Source of the DNA: Candidatus Nealsonbacteria bacterium
Lineage (GTDB): Bacteria; Patescibacteriota; Minisyncoccia; Minisyncoccales; RBG-13-42-11
Length of the DNA: 64,000 nucleotides
Direction: 5' to 3'
Assembly: GCA_026396115.1 (NCBI GenBank)
Contig: JAPLXL010000002.1
Coordinates: forward strand, 5,142-69,141
Shown here one piece after another: positions 1 to 7,589 of the stretch. Every line of letters starts with the position of its first letter. Position 1 is the first letter of the stretch. The notes under the pieces were generated by a model. That model was not told the DNA's origin. It ran no database searches and saw only the letters and a list, made by a program, of their open reading frames with translations. A program made the position numbers and the translations under genes.

Positions 1-2
1 TT

Positions 3-509
3 AATTACAAAAAAGGACCCGTCTCCGCCAAGGCTTCGTCGGGTACCCGAGCCGCAGCGAAGGGTAAAGAAGAGGATTTATACTCTTCGCCCAAGGAAAA
101 AATTAATGTTAAAGATATAGAGTTATTAGTAAAACCGAAAATTGAAACAGCTATTTTTAAAACAATTGATGCCATTGCTCAAAAAAATAAAAAACAAACT
201 TTATTATTAATTCACCAACATTTAGAAAAAGGCGACAACCCTCTCTATCTTCTTTCGATGATTAATTTCCAATTTAGAAATCTTTTAATGATAAAAGACC
301 TTATTGAAAGACATAGGCCGTACTATTCTATTTTAAAAATGACCCACCTTCATCCCTTTGTTGTTAAAAAAAGCTGCCAACAAGCTAATAAATTTACTCT
401 TCAAGAGTTAAAAAAAATCTACCAGAAAATTTTTCAGGCAGACCTTTCAATTAAAACCGGGAAAACAACGCCGGAAACCGCTTTGGATTTATTGCTTACC
501 GAGATTTAA
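3..509 (+). CDS. holA: DNA polymerase III delta subunit, C-terminal part (5' end outside window)
   Basis: Frame 3 translated by hand is open from nt 3 to TAA 507-509. The C-terminal sequence (FQFRNLLMIKD...IYQKIFQADLSIKTGK) looks like the HolA C-terminal domain. Adjacent convergent rpsT. Carries an in-frame family A repeat at 45-92. Confidence 0.65.
   Translation, partial: NYKKGPVSAKASSGTRAAAKGKEEDLYSSPKEKINVKDIELLVKPKIETAIFKTIDAIAQKNKKQTLLLIHQHLEKGDNPLYLLSMINFQFRNLLMIKDLIERHRPYYSILKMTHLHPFVVKKSCQQANKFTLQELKKIYQKIFQADLSIKTGKTTPETALDLLLTEI
45..92. repeat. Family A hairpin element, type A1, in-frame in holA
   Basis: ACCCGAGCCGCAGCGAAGGGTAAAGAAGAGGATTTATACTCTTCGCCC. Near-identical to 61261-61312 and to the reverse complement of 27967-28013. 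Confidence 0.9.
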
Positions 510-598
510 TTTATGAAAGCGAAGTCGAAGAAAATTCCTTCTTCTTCACCTCAGCTGAAGCTTCGGTAGTTGAAGAAGAGAATAAAATTCTCTTCGCC
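509..598. repeat. Family A composite element (type A3) filling the holA/rpsT spacer
   Basis: Its reverse complement aligns along its length with 61901-61990. Flanked by the 12-bp direct repeat TACCGAGATTTA (497-508 and 599-610). Confidence 0.85.
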
Positions 599-864
599 TA
601 CCGAGATTTAGAAATTAATTTAGTAATTCTGGATTTATTTCTTGAGGCGGTATTCTTTTTGATTAATCCGGTTTTAGCTGCTTTGTCTAAAACTTTGTAA
701 ACTTGGGGCAGAAGTTTTTTTGCTTCTTCAATTTTCTTTTCTGAAACCAAAAGCTTCATTTCTTTTAAGAGTTTCTTTAATTCTCTCATTTTCCGGAGAT
801 TACGAACTCTTCTTTTAAAACTTTGGCGAAGAGCCTTTTTTGCGGATTTGATAATGGGACACAT
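598..864 (-). CDS. rpsT: 30S ribosomal protein S20
   Basis: SAKKALRQSFKRRVRNLRKM... is a typical S20 sequence. Start set at ATG 864 (MCPIIKSAKK), because the longer ORF to 882 would overlap the uvrB 3' end. Confidence 0.85.
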   Translation of the reverse strand: MCPIIKSAKKALRQSFKRRVRNLRKMRELKKLLKEMKLLVSEKKIEEAKKLLPQVYKVLDKAAKTGLIKKNTASRNKSRITKLISKSR

Positions 865-868
865 ACAA

Positions 869-2875
869 TTAATTTCTACCACTTTTAATTTTTTTAATCA
901 AGTCGCGAATTTCAGCCGCTCTTTCAAAATCCAAATTTTTAGCAGCCATTTTCATTTCTTTCTTTAATAATTTAATATCTCGAATTGCCCAAAATTCATA
1001 AGCAATCTCTTTCTTTCTGCCAAAAGGCCACTCCCTTATTTCTTTGATAATAGGTTTTGGAATAATGTTGTGTTTTTTATTGTAATTTTCTTGAATTTTT
1101 TTTCTTCTTGAAACCTCTTCAATTGCCGCCTTTATTGATTTTGTGATTTTATCGGCATACAAAATAACCTGACCTTCGGGGTGGCGAGCTGCCCTTCCCA
1201 TGGTTTGAATTAGGGTTGTTTCTGACCTTAAAAAACCTTCTTTGTCAGCATCTAAAATCGCCACCAAAGCAACTTCCGGCAGATCCAGCCCTTCTCTTAA
1301 AAGATTGATTCCGACAAGAACATCGTATTTGCCTTCCCTTAGATCTTTTAAAATCTGAGGCCTTTCTAAAGTCTTAACTTCTGAATGGAGCCATTGGGTT
1401 TTTATTCCATTTTCGGTCAGATAATCAGAGACTGCTTCAGCCAACCTTTTGCTTAGGGTTAAAACCAAAATCCTTTGCCCCTTTTTTGTCCTTTTTTTAA
1501 TTTCTGCGATTAAATCATTAACCTGATTCTTAATTGGTCTTACTTCAATTGAGGGCTCTAGAAGCCCGGTTGGCCGGATTAATTGTTCAACAATATATTT
1601 TGGTTTACCCTCCCGAGCGGTAGCGAAGGGGGAAGAAGAAGATTTATCTTCTTCGCTCTGAGTTTGTTGAAGGGCTTTCTTCTTTTCTTCTTCAGCCGGC
1701 GTGGCCGAAACATAGACAATTTGATTTGTTTTTTCTTCAAATTCTTTATAGGTTAAAGGCCTATTATCAATGGCTGATGGTAATCTAAAGCCATATTCAA
1801 TTAAGGTTCTCTTTCTGGCTCGGTCCTGGATGGCCATGGCTCGAAGTTGAGGCAGTGCCATATGGGATTCATCAATAAAAACCAAAAAATCATTAGGGTA
1901 GTAATCAATTAAAGTATAAGGAGATTGGCCCGGTCTTCTAAATTCCAAATGTCTGGAATAGTTTTCGATTCCGTGGCAGAAACCAGTTTCTTTTAGCATT
2001 TCCAAGTCGTAATTTGTTCTTTGTTCTAATTTTTGAGCTTCTAATAATTTCCCTACCTTTTTTAATTTTTTCAATTGTTCTCGTAGTTCTAATTTTATAT
2101 TTTCAACAGCTATATTTAACTTTTCCTGAGGAGTTATCCAAAAATGAGCGGGATATAATATGAACGATGGACGATGGACAACGAAAGATGAATTTAAACC
2201 AGCTGGAGAAATTAAAATCTTGTCAATTTCATCGCCGGAAAATTCAATTCTTAAGATTTCTTTTCCGGTAACTAAAAAAATATCAACAATATTTCCCCTT
2301 ACTCTGAAAGTTCCGGGTTTAAAATCAATATCATTTCTTTGGTATTGAAGAGAAGTTAAATGGGAAATAAAATCTTTTCTTTTAATTCGTTGACCGAGTT
2401 TAATTTTCAAAGAAACTTTTTGATAATCTTCGGGCGAACCAATATTGTAAATACAAGAAACCGAGGCAATAATTATAATATCTTTTCTTGTTAGCAAATC
2501 CTGGACTGCCGCGTGCCTTAATCTGTCAATTTCTTCATTTATCTTGGCGTCTTTTTCAATATAAGTGTCGCTTTGGGGAATATAGGCCTCCGGTTGATAG
2601 TAATCGTAATAGCTTACGAAATAGTGAACAGCATTTTCCGGAAAGAATTCTTTGAATTCTTGGTAAGTTTGGGCAGCCAAGGTTTTGTTGTGTGATATCA
2701 AAAGAATTGGTTTTTGTACTTTGGCAATAACATTCGACATCACAAAAGTTTTGCCAGCACCTGTGACTCCTAATAAAACCTGGTGTTTAACTCCAGCTTT
2801 TAAATTTTTCACCAATTTTTCAATTGCCTGGGGCTGATCGCCAGTAGGTTTGAATGGAGAAACAAGTTTAAACAT
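869..2875 (-). CDS. uvrB: Excinuclease ABC subunit B
   Basis: 668 aa with Walker A GVTGAGKT, helicase motifs, IRPTGLLEP and a C-terminal UVR motif (LDFERAAEIRD). In-frame repeat insertion at 1610-1656. Confidence 0.95.
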   Translation of the reverse strand: MFKLVSPFKPTGDQPQAIEKLVKNLKAGVKHQVLLGVTGAGKTFVMSNVIAKVQKPILLISHNKTLAAQTYQEFKEFFPENAVHYFVSYYDYYQPEAYIPQSDTYIEKDAKINEEIDRLRHAAVQDLLTRKDIIIIASVSCIYNIGSPEDYQKVSLKIKLGQRIKRKDFISHLTSLQYQRNDIDFKPGTFRVRGNIVDIFLVTGKEILRIEFSGDEIDKILISPAGLNSSFVVHRPSFILYPAHFWITPQEKLNIAVENIKLELREQLKKLKKVGKLLEAQKLEQRTNYDLEMLKETGFCHGIENYSRHLEFRRPGQSPYTLIDYYPNDFLVFIDESHMALPQLRAMAIQDRARKRTLIEYGFRLPSAIDNRPLTYKEFEEKTNQIVYVSATPAEEEKKKALQQTQSEEDKSSSSPFATAREGKPKYIVEQLIRPTGLLEPSIEVRPIKNQVNDLIAEIKKRTKKGQRILVLTLSKRLAEAVSDYLTENGIKTQWLHSEVKTLERPQILKDLREGKYDVLVGINLLREGLDLPEVALVAILDADKEGFLRSETTLIQTMGRAARHPEGQVILYADKITKSIKAAIEEVSRRKKIQENYNKKHNIIPKPIIKEIREWPFGRKKEIAYEFWAIRDIKLLKKEMKMAAKNLDFERAAEIRDLIKKIKSGRN
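1610..1656. repeat. Family A type A1 element, in-frame in uvrB
   Basis: CCCGAGCGGTAGCGAAGGGGGAAGAAGAAGATTTATCTTCTTCGC. Confidence 0.9.
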
Positions 2876-2889
2876 GATAAAATAAGAAC

Positions 2890-4107
2890 ATGAAAGAATT
2901 GATTAAAAAGTTTATTCCTCCCTTTTTGTTGAGTTGGTATCATTACATTTTAGCTCTTTTGGGAGTAATTTTCTATTGTTTTCCTTCGTGCAGGTTAAAG
3001 ATAGTCGGAGTGACCGGGACTAACGGAAAGTCAACAGTGGTTGAGTTGACATCAAAAATTTTAGAGGAAGCAGGATATAAGATTGCCTCCTTGTCTTCAA
3101 TAAAATTCAAAATAAGAGATAAAGAATGGAAAAATATGTTTAAAATGACAATGCCGGGTCGTTTTACTATTCAAAAAATTTTAAGACAAGCCGTAAATGC
3201 AGGATGTCAATATGCGATTTTAGAAGTGACTTCAGAAGGCATTAAACAGCATCGCCACAAATTTATTAATTTTGATGCCGCCGTTTTCACCAATTTATCG
3301 CCAGAACATATTGAGTCCCACGGTTCGTTTGAAAAATATAGGGAAGCCAAAGGAAAACTTTTTCAAGCAACAAAAAACATTCATGTTATCAATATTGATG
3401 ATGAAAACGCAGAATACTTTCTGCAATTTCCCGCCAAGAAGAAATATACTTACGGATTAAATAAAGGGGATATTAATAATAAAGACCTTCAGTTAAATTT
3501 GCAATTGATTGGCAATTTTAATATTTATAACGCCTTGGCGGCAATTTGCGCCGGTATGTCGCAGGGAGTTGATTTAGAAACTTGTAAAAGAGCTGTTGAG
3601 AAAGTCAAAGGAATTCCGGGCAGAATGGAAGAGGTAATTTCTCAACCTTTCAAGGTTTTTGTTGATTATGCCGTGACCCCCGACGCTTTAGAAAAGCTTT
3701 ATCAGACAATAAAAGAGATATTTTCTCCTCAGAGGATAATTGCGGTTTTTGGCTCATGCGGAGGAGGAAGGGACAAATGGAGAAGAAAGGTGCTGGGAGA
3801 AATTGCGGCAAAATATTGTGATAAAATAATTATTACTGACGAAGATCCTTATGACGAAGACCCACGCCAAATTTTATCAATGATAAAATCTGGAATTTTC
3901 AAGTCGCATTTTCCAACCTCCAATTTTTATGAGATTTTAGACAGGCGAGAGGCTATTAGAAAATCTTTAGAATTAGCAGAAATAGGGGATATGGTCGTAA
4001 TTACAGGAAAAGGATGTGAGCCATGGATTTGCGTTGCCCGAGGCAAAAAGATTCCTTGGGATGATAGAAAAATAGTAAGAGAAGAATTTGAAAAGTTAAG
4101 ACGATGA
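2890..4107 (+). CDS. murE: Mur ligase family protein, MurE-like (short N-terminus with a hydrophobic segment)
   Basis: GVTGTNGKST P-loop, DYAVTPDAL, GSCGGGRDKWRR and TDEDPYDEDP match Mur ligase/MurE motifs. Confidence 0.65.
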   Translation: MKELIKKFIPPFLLSWYHYILALLGVIFYCFPSCRLKIVGVTGTNGKSTVVELTSKILEEAGYKIASLSSIKFKIRDKEWKNMFKMTMPGRFTIQKILRQAVNAGCQYAILEVTSEGIKQHRHKFINFDAAVFTNLSPEHIESHGSFEKYREAKGKLFQATKNIHVINIDDENAEYFLQFPAKKKYTYGLNKGDINNKDLQLNLQLIGNFNIYNALAAICAGMSQGVDLETCKRAVEKVKGIPGRMEEVISQPFKVFVDYAVTPDALEKLYQTIKEIFSPQRIIAVFGSCGGGRDKWRRKVLGEIAAKYCDKIIITDEDPYDEDPRQILSMIKSGIFKSHFPTSNFYEILDRREAIRKSLELAEIGDMVVITGKGCEPWICVARGKKIPWDDRKIVREEFEKLRR

Positions 4108-4171
4108 AATTTCGCAGAAATTTCATCTAAGAAGTTTCGTAAATTTCTAACGAAATTCACTCACTAAAACA

Positions 4172-4675
4172 ATGAAACGCTACGAAATTTTAGAGCATAA
4201 AGCTGATTTAAAAATTAAGGTCAAAGGTTCATCAAAAGAAGAACTTTTCCTTAATGCTCTTTTGGGAATGGAGGAAGGATTGAGGCCGGAAACTAAAGAA
4301 ACCAAAGAAGAAATCAAAAGAGAAATTAAAATAAAATCCATTGATTTACCGGCTCTTTTGGTTGATTTTTTGAACGAGGCATTATATCTAATTCAGGTTC
4401 ATAAAGAAATTTATAATAAGATAAAATTTGTTAAATTTTCTGAAAACGAGGGCGAAGAAGATAAATCTTCTTCTTTACTCTTCGCTGCTCGGGTGGGCGA
4501 AGAAAATAAATCTTTTTCTTCCCCCTTCAATACCGCTCGGGAGCTGGAAGGAGAATTAATTGGTCAAAAAGTAGAAAGATTTGGCGAAGACATTAAGGCA
4601 GTTACCTATCACGATTTAGATATCTACCAGAAAGAAGATGGAACCTGGGAGGCAGTTGTTCTTTTCGATATATAA
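4172..4675 (+). CDS. Archease (RtcB activator) carrying two tandem in-frame repeat copies
   Basis: N-terminal YEILEHKADLKIKV and C-terminal IKAVTYHDLDI...WEAVVLFDI are archease-like. Lies directly upstream of rtcB. Confidence 0.8.
   Translation: MKRYEILEHKADLKIKVKGSSKEELFLNALLGMEEGLRPETKETKEEIKREIKIKSIDLPALLVDFLNEALYLIQVHKEIYNKIKFVKFSENEGEEDKSSSLLFAARVGEENKSFSSPFNTARELEGELIGQKVERFGEDIKAVTYHDLDIYQKEDGTWEAVVLFDI
4451..4542. repeat. Two tandem family A type A1 elements, in-frame in the archease gene
   Basis: GGCGAAGAAGATAAATCTTCTTCTTTACTCTTCGCTGCTCGGGT followed by GGGCGAAGAAAATAAATCTTTTTCTTCCCCCTTCAATACCGCTCGGGA. Confidence 0.9.
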
Positions 4676-4716
4676 AGGGAATTGAGTTTTAAATTAAATC
4701 CAGTTAAAATTGATAT

Positions 4717-6162
4717 ATGGTTTCTAAAAAAGATTTCAAAAAATTGAACGATTGGCTCTGGGAAATTCCAAAGAGTTTTAGGGCTGATATGAGAGTTCCG
4801 GCCAGGGCTTATGTTTCAGAAAAGATGTTAGAAGAAAGCTTCAAAGATAAATCTCTTGAGCAATTAGTCAATATCTCCACCCTCCCAGGCATACAAAAGT
4901 ATGCTCTATCAATGCCAGATATGCATGAGGGTTACGCATCATGCATAGGTGGTGTAGCAGCAATAAGCACTTTTGATGGAGTGATTTCGCCTGGGGTTTG
5001 CGGTTATGACATCAATTGCGGGATGAAATTGTTAAAATCGGAATATTCGGAAACGGAAATCAAACCTCATTTGGATAAATTAGCTACTGAAATTCAAAAA
5101 GAAGTTCCATCTGGTCTTGGCCAGGGGAGGCAAATTAAACTTTCAATTGGTGAAATAGATAAGATTTTAGAGGGAGGAGTGTCTTATTTAGTTGAAAAAG
5201 GCTATGGTGAAAAAGAAGATATCGAAAACTGTGAGGCAAATGGGAGATTAGATTGGACTGATGCAACGGCAGTTTCAAATTATGCTAAAAATCGGGGAAG
5301 AGATCAGGTTGGGACTCTGGGGTCTGGAAATCATTTCTTGGAACTTCAAAAAGTGGTAGAAATTTTTAATGAAAAAGTAGCAGACGTTTTTGGTTTGTTT
5401 AAAGATCAAATTGTAATCATGATCCATTGCGGGTCAAGGGGTCTCGGCCACCAAGTTTGTACTGATTATTTAAGGACAATGATCCCGGCCATGCAAAGAT
5501 ATAAAATTAAAGTTCCAGATAGAGAATTTGCCTGTGTTCCTTTTAACTCTCCTGAAGGCCAGAGATATTTTTCAGCCATGGCATCGGCAGCAAATTATGC
5601 CTGGGCAAATCGTCAAATGATTGCTCACTTTATTAGAAAAGCTTGGAAAGATGTTTTAGGAGAAAAAGCCTCTCCTTTAGTCGCTCTTTACGATGTTGCC
5701 CACAATATTATTAAAAAAGAAACATATTTAATTAATGGAAAAGAGACTGAAGTTGCAGTTCACAGAAAAGGAGCAACAAGGGCTTTCCCACCTGGTCATT
5801 CTGAGATTCCTGAAAAATATCGAGAAGTTGGTCAACCGGTTTTGATCCCAGGAAGTATGGGAACTGCCTCATATGTTTTAGTTGGAACAAAAGAAGGGGA
5901 GGAAGCCTTCTTTAGTACGTGTCACGGCGCTGGACGTACTATGTCGCGTCATGAAGCCATGAGGCGGGTATCTGGACAAGAAGTGGTAAATAGATTAGAA
6001 TCAAAAGGAATTATTGTTAAGTGTCAAAATTTAAAAGGAATTGCCGAGGAATCTCCTCAGGCGTATAAAAATATTAATGAAGTGGTAGAAGTAGTTCAGA
6101 ATGCCGGTTTATCGAAAAAAGTGGCCAAATTAATCCCTTTAGCCGTGATAAAAGGAGAATAA
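4717..6162 (+). CDS. rtcB: RNA-splicing ligase RtcB
   Basis: 481 aa with GYDINCGM, GSGNHFLE, HCGSRGLGHQV and CHGAGR motifs of the RtcB family. Confidence 0.95.
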   Translation: MVSKKDFKKLNDWLWEIPKSFRADMRVPARAYVSEKMLEESFKDKSLEQLVNISTLPGIQKYALSMPDMHEGYASCIGGVAAISTFDGVISPGVCGYDINCGMKLLKSEYSETEIKPHLDKLATEIQKEVPSGLGQGRQIKLSIGEIDKILEGGVSYLVEKGYGEKEDIENCEANGRLDWTDATAVSNYAKNRGRDQVGTLGSGNHFLELQKVVEIFNEKVADVFGLFKDQIVIMIHCGSRGLGHQVCTDYLRTMIPAMQRYKIKVPDREFACVPFNSPEGQRYFSAMASAANYAWANRQMIAHFIRKAWKDVLGEKASPLVALYDVAHNIIKKETYLINGKETEVAVHRKGATRAFPPGHSEIPEKYREVGQPVLIPGSMGTASYVLVGTKEGEEAFFSTCHGAGRTMSRHEAMRRVSGQEVVNRLESKGIIVKCQNLKGIAEESPQAYKNINEVVEVVQNAGLSKKVAKLIPLAVIKGE

Positions 6163-6252
6163 AAAAAATTCAAAATTCAAAAGTCAGAATGCGAAATTAC
6201 AATTTAAAATTCAAAACTTTTGAAGTTTCAAAAGTTTTTTATTTCTGTTTCA

Positions 6253-6480
6253 ATGAAGAAAAAACTTCCCAAGAGTATACGTAAATTTATCCGCAAAGAA
6301 AAGGCTCGGATTCGCCGGGAAGTTTTAGATTTGAAAGAACAGGAAAAATTAATTTCAGAATTATATCAAAAAATTGTATGCGAAAAGCGCTCGCTTGGCC
6401 TTTCGGCCTCGCAAAATGCGAATGTGCCCATGCGAATTAAAAATGAAAATAAAAGAGATATTCCAATTAGCAATAAATAA
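6253..6480 (+). CDS. Hypothetical small basic protein (uncertain)
   Basis: ORF-track ORF 6220-6480. Its TTG start lies inside the rtcB terminator hairpin, so the internal ATG at 6253 (MKKKLPKSIRKF) is preferred. The 3' third runs through a GC-rich patch and overlaps the next gene. Confidence 0.3.
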   Translation: MKKKLPKSIRKFIRKEKARIRREVLDLKEQEKLISELYQKIVCEKRSLGLSASQNANVPMRIKNENKRDIPISNK

Positions 6481-7390
6481 AGGAATTGAAGCTGATTTTC
6501 GAGGGAAAGAAAGAATAGAAAAACTTCTTAAAAGAAGAAAAGAAAAATTTGAGAAATTATCAGATAAAGAAAAAGAAGAATTTGACAAAGAATCGCTGGA
6601 GAATCCTTATTTAGATTCAAGAATTTTACATGTGGCTCAAGATAGAGAAATTAAGAAAGTTTTGGTTGGTATTGATATTGAACCGGCTGAAATTCTTTTA
6701 GCAAAAGAAATTGGGAATGTTGACTTGATAATCGCCCATCATCCAATTGGAAAAGGATTAACTCATTTATCTGAAGTAATGGAGCTACAATGCGATGTTT
6801 TAAATCAATATGGAGTACCGATAAATGTTGCTGAAGGTTTGATGAAAGAAAGAATTTCAGAAGTAGCCAGAGGAGTGAATGCAGTAAACCATCAAAGAAC
6901 TGTTGATGCGGCGAAGATTTTAGGATTTAATTTAATTTGCTTACATACCGCCTGCGATAATTTAGCGGCTAAATTTATAAAGGATAAGATTGGAAAAGAA
7001 GATAGTTTAATGCGACTTGAAGATTTAACAAAAATATTAGAAGAAATTCCTGAATATAGAGAAGCCATAAAATTTGGCGCCGGTCCAAAAATATTTGTCG
7101 GAGATCCTGAGAGGAGATGTGGGAAAATTGCTGTAACTGAAATAACAGGAGGAACAGAGGGTTCGCCAAAACTTTATGAAAAAATGGCTCAATCCGGTAT
7201 TGGCACTATAATCGGTATGCACATTTCTGAAGAGCATAAAAAAGAAGCCGAGGCAGCTAATATTAATGTAGTTGTTGCCGGACATATGAGTTCAGATTCT
7301 TTAGGAGTTAATTTGTTTTTAGATGAGTTGGAAAAACAGGGAATAGAAATAATTCCCTGTTCAGGATTGATTAGAATCAAAAGAATCTAA
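6443..7390 (+). CDS. NIF3 (Nif3-like dinuclear metal centre) family protein
   Basis: DLIIAHHPIGKGL and the C-terminal VVAGHMSSDSLG pattern match NIF3. Start moved to MKIKEIFQ (6443) to exclude the GC-rich patch. Confidence 0.6.
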   Translation: MKIKEIFQLAINKGIEADFRGKERIEKLLKRRKEKFEKLSDKEKEEFDKESLENPYLDSRILHVAQDREIKKVLVGIDIEPAEILLAKEIGNVDLIIAHHPIGKGLTHLSEVMELQCDVLNQYGVPINVAEGLMKERISEVARGVNAVNHQRTVDAAKILGFNLICLHTACDNLAAKFIKDKIGKEDSLMRLEDLTKILEEIPEYREAIKFGAGPKIFVGDPERRCGKIAVTEITGGTEGSPKLYEKMAQSGIGTIIGMHISEEHKKEAEAANINVVVAGHMSSDSLGVNLFLDELEKQGIEIIPCSGLIRIKRI

Positions 7391-7589
7391 TCTTAAGGTT
7401 AGAATGACTCACGATTGCAAGTTACTTCTAAAGCTGGCTGAAAAGCCAGTTTTTTGATAGAATTTAAAAAAGAATGAGAAACTACGCTTCAAAAAGAGCT
7501 AAAAAAGGAAAGTTAGCTTACCGAACGCCGAGTGGATTTATTTACCAAAAATATAAGCAGGTTTTAAAATATAAACAAAAGAAAGTCAG

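Noticed and set aside
2160-2348. Numerous 60-130-aa ORFs in the track that lie antisense to or out of frame within long conserved genes. Examples: 2160-2348, 3272-3460, 3927-4160, 6975-7380, 10333-10775, 13279-13641, 19612-19926, 26494-27321, 44009-45346, 51084-51532, 55108-55413, 58495-59922.
   Set aside because: Each overlaps a gene with clear family motifs. They have low-complexity or repeat-biased sequence and no start context, so they are typical shadow ORFs of AT-rich DNA.
6220-6252. TTG start of the 86-aa ORF at 6220.
   Set aside because: It lies inside the AT-rich palindrome AAAACTTTTGAA/TTCAAAAGTTTT, which probably forms the rtcB terminator. If the ORF is real, the internal ATG at 6253 is more plausible.
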